Shown: in pieces, positions 57,554-64,000 of the stretch
Numbering within the stretch: position 1 is the stretch's first letter
Layout of the letters: every line of letters starts with the position of its first letter
Source of the DNA: Kiritimatiellia bacterium
GTDB taxonomy: Bacteria > Verrucomicrobiota > Kiritimatiellia > RFP12 > UBA1067
Direction: 5' to 3'
DNA length: 64,000 bases
NCBI GenBank assembly: GCA_050949565.1
Contig: JBMNFY010000017.1
Location: forward strand, 992,001 to 1,056,000
The notes under the pieces: model-generated
Told to the model about the DNA's origin: nothing
Databases searched by the model: none
The model's input: the letters and a program-made list of their open reading frames with translations, nothing else
Translations under genes and position numbers: made by a program

Positions 57554-60124
57554 TCAGTATTCCCTTTTGCGTTTGGCGCGCAGCGCATCCGCCGCGCGGT
57601 TCAACTTGCGATTCAACTGGATCGCCTCTTGATCGGGCTCCGGCGCGGCGACAGCCTGCTGCCAGTCGCGTGTCACGGTCGTGACTTCAGGCACCGCAAT
57701 CACGCCGTCCAGCAATGCGTCCAACAGGCTCAGGGTGCAGACGCGCACCGCGTTGGATTCTACCAGAAAGAGTTCCAGATTCTCGTCATGCACCCCCGGC
57801 GGCAACGGCGGCACGCAGGCCGGACAGCCGTTTTCACAGGAGCACTCGCGGATCATCCGGCGGCAAAGCTCCAGCGTCTCCTCGATCTTTTCGAACACCT
57901 TCTCCGCATAACCAGCTCCGCCCTCCAGCCGGTCGTACAAAAAGAGCGCGCTCTCGAACGCCATATCCTCCCAAGCAGGCGGCGGCAACGGCATGAATCC
58001 CTCGGTATCCGTAACCTCGTTGGGCGTTGGATGTTGAGCGTTGAGCGCTGAGCGCTCTTCCCCGCCTTCCTCCTCGCGGTCAAGCGGCGCGAGATCGGTC
58101 TCGAGGTCGGCCGGGTCAGACATGCTCACGCTTGACGCGGCGTGACGCAGGATATAGCGCAGGCCAAAAAGCGCGGCCGGTGCGAGCCGCTTGTCGCGTT
58201 CATCCAGCGCACGGCTCCACGGCTCGGGCGCGCGCAGGGCGAAGCCCACGGTGTCGTACTCAAAGGGCGGCAATGTAATCGGTCCGTAGCCCACATTCTC
58301 TAAGGTACGCTCGCGCACTTTCTTAAAGAGCTTGGGCTGCCTATTCACATGCAACGCGCCGAAACGCAGTTCCGAGTCGTGCAATGTCTTGCGTCCTTCA
58401 TCCGTTGTCAGGTCCAGCCGACTCTCCCACTCCGATTCGGTGTAGTAATCCACCTCCACCGGCTCGACGGTACACAGCTTCTTCTCAAGGTCCAGTTCCA
58501 TGGACATGTAACGACGGCCGAGATGCTGATAGATCGCGTCTTTGTAGAGTTCGGCGCGCGCACCGATTGGGTCGATCTCGCCGATCACCTCGCCGTGGCA
58601 GACGATCTCCACGTTATAGTCGGTCATGCCGCGCAGGTTGACGCCGCGGGCTGGATAGTCGGGCAGCGCGTAGCGCCAGCAACCTTTGTACGGCTTGAGC
58701 GTGCCGTCCTCTTTAAGAATGTCGAGCGCGAAGCCGTAGGCGCGCGTATCAAAGAGCGGTTCCTCATCGCGCAACGGATGTTCGTGCGCGGCGCATGGCA
58801 GGTGCTGCAACATGATGTACGGGTTGTCGGCATGCAGCCACGCCTGTTCGATCGGCGTTCCGGTAATAAATTCGGGGTGGTTCACCAAGTATTGATCCAC
58901 CGGCGCGTCCTGCGCCACGTAGAGAATCAACGCGCGGTTGCCTTTGCGCCCGACGCGCCCGGCCTGTTGCCAGAAACTGGCCAGCGTGCCCGGATGACCA
59001 GAGAGGATACAGACGTCGAGATCGCCGATGTCGATGCCCAACTCAAGCGCGTTGGTCGAGATGATAACGGTGATGCGCCCCTCGAAAAGATCCTTCTCAA
59101 GCTGACGCCGCTCGGCCGGCAACAATCCCCCGCGATACGGTTTGACCCGCTCTTTCAACTCGGGGTGACCGTCGGTAACTGCGCGCCAGAGACGCTCCAC
59201 CCGCTGCCGCGAGCGGCAGAAGCAGATGGTGCGGACGCCGGCGGCCGCAGCGGCGCGGATCAGCGGGATCGAAACCGAAGCCGGCCCCTTGCGGAAACGC
59301 GCGGAACCGGCACTCTCCACCAGCGGCGGATTAATCAGGTAAAGATCGCGGCGCGGCCGCGGCGAACCGTCGCGGTCGATCACTGTAAACGGACGGTGGA
59401 AGAGCGCCTGGACATGCTCGCCCGGATTGCCCACCGTCGCGGAGCAGCAGACAAAGCGCGGCGACGAGCCGTGCATGGCGCAAACGCGCAACAGACGGCG
59501 GAAAACATTGGAGACGTGCGACCCAAACGCGCCACGATAGGCATGCACCTCATCTACGACAATATACTTGAGGCGTCCCAGCAGATCACTCCAGCCGCGA
59601 TGGTGATTGGGCAGGATTCCCGCATGCAGCATGTCGGGATTGGTGATCACAAAGTCCGCCCCCTTCATGATCTTGCTGCGCTCCTCGCGCGGGGTGTCGC
59701 CATCAAAGGTGCCGAGTTTGCGGGTGCCGAGCGCAGCTTTAAGCAGTGCGCCGAGCGTACCTTCCTGATCGCGTGAAAGCGCCTTGGTCGGATAGAGCAG
59801 CAACACGCCGAAGGGCGCTTCGCTTTTGCAATAATCGCTCAAGATCGGCAACAGGAAGGCCAACGTCTTGCCCGAGGCCGTACGCGAGACCAGCACCGTA
59901 TCCTTACCGGCCGCGACCGCCTCGAACGCGTCGGCCTGATGCGAATAAAGCTGCTCAATCCCGCGCTCGCGCAGCACTGCGGCGAGGCGCGGATCGAGTC
60001 CGTCGGGGAAAGGCACCCCGTCCGCCTCTTCCGCCGGCATCACCTGATGCGCGCGGATTTGGCGTTCAAACCGCGTACGCAGCACCGTTTCAACGGCATC
60101 GATATGAGAACCCACTGATTGCAT
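57554..60124 (-). CDS. DEAD/DEAH-box helicase with DUF1998 (MrfA/SftH/YprA-like)
   Basis: LYSHQ, TASGKT, PTKAL, TNPDMLH, DEVH, SAT, LELGIDIG and QQAGRVGR motifs; C-terminal YD..GGAG and CSCENGCPAC. Confidence 0.92.
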   Translation of the reverse strand: MQSVGSHIDAVETVLRTRFERQIRAHQVMPAEEADGVPFPDGLDPRLAAVLRERGIEQLYSHQADAFEAVAAGKDTVLVSRTASGKTLAFLLPILSDYCKSEAPFGVLLLYPTKALSRDQEGTLGALLKAALGTRKLGTFDGDTPREERSKIMKGADFVITNPDMLHAGILPNHHRGWSDLLGRLKYIVVDEVHAYRGAFGSHVSNVFRRLLRVCAMHGSSPRFVCCSATVGNPGEHVQALFHRPFTVIDRDGSPRPRRDLYLINPPLVESAGSARFRKGPASVSIPLIRAAAAAGVRTICFCRSRQRVERLWRAVTDGHPELKERVKPYRGGLLPAERRQLEKDLFEGRITVIISTNALELGIDIGDLDVCILSGHPGTLASFWQQAGRVGRKGNRALILYVAQDAPVDQYLVNHPEFITGTPIEQAWLHADNPYIMLQHLPCAAHEHPLRDEEPLFDTRAYGFALDILKEDGTLKPYKGCWRYALPDYPARGVNLRGMTDYNVEIVCHGEVIGEIDPIGARAELYKDAIYQHLGRRYMSMELDLEKKLCTVEPVEVDYYTESEWESRLDLTTDEGRKTLHDSELRFGALHVNRQPKLFKKVRERTLENVGYGPITLPPFEYDTVGFALRAPEPWSRALDERDKRLAPAALFGLRYILRHAASSVSMSDPADLETDLAPLDREEEGGEERSALNAQHPTPNEVTDTEGFMPLPPPAWEDMAFESALFLYDRLEGGAGYAEKVFEKIEETLELCRRMIRECSCENGCPACVPPLPPGVHDENLELFLVESNAVRVCTLSLLDALLDGVIAVPEVTTVTRDWQQAVAAPEPDQEAIQLNRKLNRAADALRAKRKREY

Positions 60125-60180
60125 AACCACCTGATGACAATGAGTGTAACACGCCGTGCGCGGGTCGTCTACTCTGCCGC

Positions 60181-60657
60181 TTATTTCGCGGCCACCAAAA
60201 CCAGCACGATCACGCCTGCCACAAATAATCCGATTGGAACGAACCATCGGGCGGCACTCACGATCTGGCATTCGAGTCTCCCCGATGGATCGTACCAGAC
60301 TAGGACATGAGTACCGACGGCGGAGCGCTCGATTCCGTAACCGGCATCTGTCTGCTTTCGAATTTTTCGCCCAGATTGATCGGTGAATTCCACGACAGGA
60401 GTGTAGTAGACCTTATCGTCGCTGTATTCCATTTTGTGGTCGACCACCGTGGCCGGAACCAACCGCCCGATGCGGACCATCCGTACATTCTTGACTCCCA
60501 GAGTGACGCCAAGGAGAACGAATACGCCCCCTACCACGACCCCGGACAGCCAGCCGTGGCAGAGAAAACAGTCGGCGCACATAAGGGCAATGAACAGGGC
60601 GGCAACAATCATACCCCGCCAGTCAAACCCTCTGATTCTCCCCTTCCACTGCTGCAT
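60181..60657 (-). CDS. DUF3592-like membrane protein
   Basis: TM helices flanking ATVVD..YTPVVEF..VG..V.V.YDP; AGGAGG RBS. Confidence 0.75.
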   Translation of the reverse strand: MQQWKGRIRGFDWRGMIVAALFIALMCADCFLCHGWLSGVVVGGVFVLLGVTLGVKNVRMVRIGRLVPATVVDHKMEYSDDKVYYTPVVEFTDQSGRKIRKQTDAGYGIERSAVGTHVLVWYDPSGRLECQIVSAARWFVPIGLFVAGVIVLVLVAAK

Positions 60658-61090
60658 GTTGTCCTCCTGTCGTACAGTGTTTGCTGTCTGTGCTTGACGG
60701 TAAACGATCCACCACAGACAGCTTGAGTGTATGGCCCTCTCCACTTGTGTGTCAAGATTGACCGTTGAACAGGAGACGGCTCATGGAGACACTCGCCCCC
60801 CCCTGCGGTCAAAATAAAAAAACTTGTTTCATGGGCGTCCCGCCCATGAAACACAGGAAAGATGCCCGTGCCACACCTCTGCGTCTCTGCGCCTCTGCGT
60901 TAAACGAACCCGAACCATGAAACACATGAAACTTCATGAAAAATCATGCCATGCCTTTCCGTGTGTTCAGTGTGTTCTGTGGTTAAATAAACCCGAGCAG
61001 CGCCCCCAAAAAATCTTCGTGCCCTTCGCGCCTTCGTGTGAGAAACAAAAAACGGCAAAAAACGGCACGCACTCAACGTGTTCAACGGAG

Positions 61091-61119
61091 TTGAACCGCT
61101 CCCTCTTTTAGCCTATACT
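61091..61119 (+). promoter_or_regulatory. Putative sigma70 promoter of tRNA-Ser (repeated in each unit)
   Basis: TTGAAC-N17-TATACT, 16 nt upstream of the tRNA. Confidence 0.65.
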
Positions 61120-61135
61120 AATCGGCTTCTTTTTC

Positions 61136-61223
61136 GGAGGGGTGTCTGAGTGGTTTAAAGAACCGGTCTTGAAAACCGGCGTGCCGCAAGGTACCGGGGG
61201 TTCGAATCCCTCCCCCTCCGCCA
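61136..61223 (+). tRNA. tRNA-Ser(TGA), copy 1
   Basis: GGAGGGG/CCCCTCC acceptor stem, CCGGT-CTTGAAA-ACCGG anticodon arm, long variable arm, GGTTCGAATCC and an encoded CCA. Confidence 0.96.
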
Positions 61224-61864
61224 CTTCCGAATCTTCAGCGCCCGATCAATCGTCGTCGTAACCGGCCGTCGTCGTGGCGGCGATCAATGCGCGGTAGCCC
61301 TTGGCGAGTTGCTCGCACACATGATCCACGGTGAACCGGCTCAACACGCGCGCGCGCCCCGCAGCGGCAAGGGTGGCGGCGCGGGCGGGGTCGTCCAGGA
61401 GCGCCAGCGCTTCGTCGGCCATGCGCAACGGAACGATCCACCACAGACAGCTTGAGTGTATGGCCCTCTCCACTTGTGTGTCAAGATTGACCGTTGAACA
61501 GGAGACGGCTCATGGAGACACTCGCCCCCCCCTGCGGTCAAAATAAAAAAACTTGTTTCATGGGCGTCCCGCCCATGAAACACAGGAAAGATGCCCGTGC
61601 CACACCTCTGCGTCTCTGCGCCTCTGCGTTAAACGAACCCGAACCATGAAACACATGAAACTTCATGAAAAATCATGCCATGCCTTTCCGTGTGTTCAGT
61701 GTGTTCTGTGGTTAAATAAACCCGAGCAGCGCCCCCAAAAAATCTTCGTGCCCTTCGCGCCTTCGTGTGAGAAACAAAAAACGGCAAAAAACGGCACGCA
61801 CTCAACGTGTTCAACGGAGTTGAACCGCTCCCTCTTTTAGCCTATACTAATCGGCTTCTTTTTC

Positions 61865-61952
61865 GGAGGGGTGTCTGAGTGGTTTAAAGAACCGGTCTTG
61901 AAAACCGGCGTGCCGCAAGGTACCGGGGGTTCGAATCCCTCCCCCTCCGCCA
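61865..61952 (+). tRNA. tRNA-Ser(TGA), copy 2
   Basis: Same sequence as copy 1, offset +729. Confidence 0.93.
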
Positions 61953-62593
61953 CTTCCGAATCTTCAGCGCCCGATCAATCGTCGTCGTAACCGGCCGTCG
62001 TCGTGGCGGCGATCAATGCGCGGTAGCCCTTGGCGAGTTGCTCGCACACATGATCCACGGTGAACCGGCTCAACACGCGCGCGCGCCCCGCAGCGGCAAG
62101 GGTGGCGGCGCGGGCGGGGTCGTCCAGGAGCGCCAGCGCTTCGTCGGCCATGCGCAACGGAACGATCCACCACAGACAGCTTGAGTGTATGGCCCTCTCC
62201 ACTTGTGTGTCAAGATTGACCGTTGAACAGGAGACGGCTCATGGAGACACTCGCCCCCCCCTGCGGTCAAAATAAAAAAACTTGTTTCATGGGCGTCCCG
62301 CCCATGAAACACAGGAAAGATGCCCGTGCCACACCTCTGCGTCTCTGCGCCTCTGCGTTAAACGAACCCGAACCATGAAACACATGAAACTTCATGAAAA
62401 ATCATGCCATGCCTTTCCGTGTGTTCAGTGTGTTCTGTGGTTAAATAAACCCGAGCAGCGCCCCCAAAAAATCTTCGTGCCCTTCGCGCCTTCGTGTGAG
62501 AAACAAAAAACGGCAAAAAACGGCACGCACTCAACGTGTTCAACGGAGTTGAACCGCTCCCTCTTTTAGCCTATACTAATCGGCTTCTTTTTC

Positions 62594-62681
62594 GGAGGGG
62601 TGTCTGAGTGGTTTAAAGAACCGGTCTTGAAAACCGGCGTGCCGCAAGGTACCGGGGGTTCGAATCCCTCCCCCTCCGCCA
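62594..62681 (+). tRNA. tRNA-Ser(TGA), copy 3
   Basis: Same sequence as copy 1, offset +1458. Confidence 0.93.
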
Positions 62682-63322
62682 CTTCCGAATCTTCAGCGCC
62701 CGATCAATCGTCGTCGTAACCGGCCGTCGTCGTGGCGGCGATCAATGCGCGGTAGCCCTTGGCGAGTTGCTCGCACACATGATCCACGGTGAACCGGCTC
62801 AACACGCGCGCGCGCCCCGCAGCGGCAAGGGTGGCGGCGCGGGCGGGGTCGTCCAGGAGCGCCAGCGCTTCGTCGGCCATGCGCAACGGAACGATCCACC
62901 ACAGACAGCTTGAGTGTATGGCCCTCTCCACTTGTGTGTCAAGATTGACCGTTGAACAGGAGACGGCTCATGGAGACACTCGCCCCCCCCTGCGGTCAAA
63001 ATAAAAAAACTTGTTTCATGGGCGTCCCGCCCATGAAACACAGGAAAGATGCCCGTGCCACACCTCTGCGTCTCTGCGCCTCTGCGTTAAACGAACCCGA
63101 ACCATGAAACACATGAAACTTCATGAAAAATCATGCCATGCCTTTCCGTGTGTTCAGTGTGTTCTGTGGTTAAATAAACCCGAGCAGCGCCCCCAAAAAA
63201 TCTTCGTGCCCTTCGCGCCTTCGTGTGAGAAACAAAAAACGGCAAAAAACGGCACGCACTCAACGTGTTCAACGGAGTTGAACCGCTCCCTCTTTTAGCC
63301 TATACTAATCGGCTTCTTTTTC

Positions 63323-63410
63323 GGAGGGGTGTCTGAGTGGTTTAAAGAACCGGTCTTGAAAACCGGCGTGCCGCAAGGTACCGGGGGTTCGAATCCCTCC
63401 CCCTCCGCCA
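63323..63410 (+). tRNA. tRNA-Ser(TGA), copy 4
   Basis: Same sequence as copy 1, offset +2187. Confidence 0.93.
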
Positions 63411-63432
63411 CTTCCGAATCTTCAGCGCCCGA

Positions 63433-64000
63433 TCAATCGTCGTCGTAACCGGCCGTCGTCGTGGCGGCGATCAATGCGCGGTAGCCCTTGGCGAGTTGCT
63501 CGCACACATGATCCACGGTGAACCGGCTCAACACGCGCGCGCGCCCCGCAGCGGCAAGGGTGGCGGCGCGGGCGGGGTCGTCCAGGAGCGCCAGCGCTTC
63601 GTCGGCCATGCGCAACGGATCGCCGCCACGCACCAGAATGCCGGAAACGCCGGACTCAATGATCAAGGCGGGACCGGCTGACTCAGCGGCGATGACAGGA
63701 ACCGAGGCGACCATCGCCTCGCAGACGGCGCGTCCGAAGGGTTCGTCCTTCGCGGGGTGGAGCATCAGATCAAAGGCACTCAAGATCTGCGCGGCATCGT
63801 CGCAGTCACGGACCCAATGGAACTGATCGCCGATCCCGGCGGCCGCCACCATCTCTTCAAGCTGCGCGATCCACCGCGCATGCTCATTGAAAAGGTCACG
63901 CCCGACCACCACGAAATGCACGTCTGGCCTTTGACGGTGGATCTCTGCCGCGGCCGTAATAAAGGCGTCGTGCCGCTTCCAAGGGATAAGGTGCGCCACC
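63433..64000 (-). CDS. Glycosyltransferase family 4 (C-terminal part; 5' end lies outside the window)
   Basis: AHLIPWKRH, EPFGRAVCEAM..VPVI..AGP..II..SGILV. Its last ~60 codons are duplicated in the 729-bp units. Confidence 0.92.
   Translation of the reverse strand, partial: VAHLIPWKRHDAFITAAAEIHRQRPDVHFVVVGRDLFNEHARWIAQLEEMVAAAGIGDQFHWVRDCDDAAQILSAFDLMLHPAKDEPFGRAVCEAMVASVPVIAAESAGPALIIESGVSGILVRGGDPLRMADEALALLDDPARAATLAAAGRARVLSRFTVDHVCEQLAKGYRALIAATTTAGYDDD

Larger units (their letters stand above)
60703..63619. repeat. Tandem array of 4 x 729 bp units
   Basis: Units start at 60703, 61432, 62161 and 62890. The ORF track recurs identically at +729 and no differences are seen by eye. Confidence 0.97.

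Noticed and set aside
57554-60124. DISARM/Druantia defence helicase
   Set aside because: The DUF1998 helicase has no drm/dru or methylase partners nearby and fits a stand-alone MrfA/SftH repair helicase.
60800-63300. Repeated 61-95 aa ORFs in the tandem array
   Set aside because: They translate repeat DNA or the duplicated GT4 tail fused at the junction, and show no independent coding signal.
60703-63619. CRISPR array or integrated element (att duplication) at tRNA-Ser
   Set aside because: The units are 729 bp and identical, with no spacers. The whole tRNA and its flanks are repeated rather than a 3' att fragment, and there is no integrase.

Overview
This is a GC-rich bacterial chromosomal window. 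The gene content (DUF4838, ceramidase-like, beta-helix and FGE-domain secreted proteins, LPS genes) suggests a PVC-group organism such as Kiritimatiellae; that assignment is an inference. The housekeeping and catabolic backbone comprises Opp/Dpp permeases, a double DUF3857/transglutaminase protein, an LpxL-type acyltransferase, PncC/CinA-C, mreBCD-mrdA-rodA-rng, a TRAP transporter next to a glycan-degradation cluster, rfaE2, rnd, an SDR, gnd, a nucleoside MFS, coaB, an MrfA-like helicase and a GT4. Accessory features: (1) a ~4 kb island at 12250-16280 where a RAYT-type HUH transposase with a DprA/SLOG-like tail sits ahead of two CARF-HEPN genes, the gene boundaries carry the same REP palindrome, and the island ends in a single CRISPR-like 37-mer with a leader-like tract, with no cas10, cas1 or array in the window; (2) an EcoRI-family methyltransferase plus DUF262-HNH pair; (3) three copies of a TIR-bounded MITE filled with shuffled REP and short-repeat modules; (4) a 4 x 729 bp tandem array, each unit carrying a promoter and tRNA-Ser(TGA). 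Several 1-2 base frameshifts suggest residual long-read errors, so the pseudogene calls and the array copy number need read-level checks.
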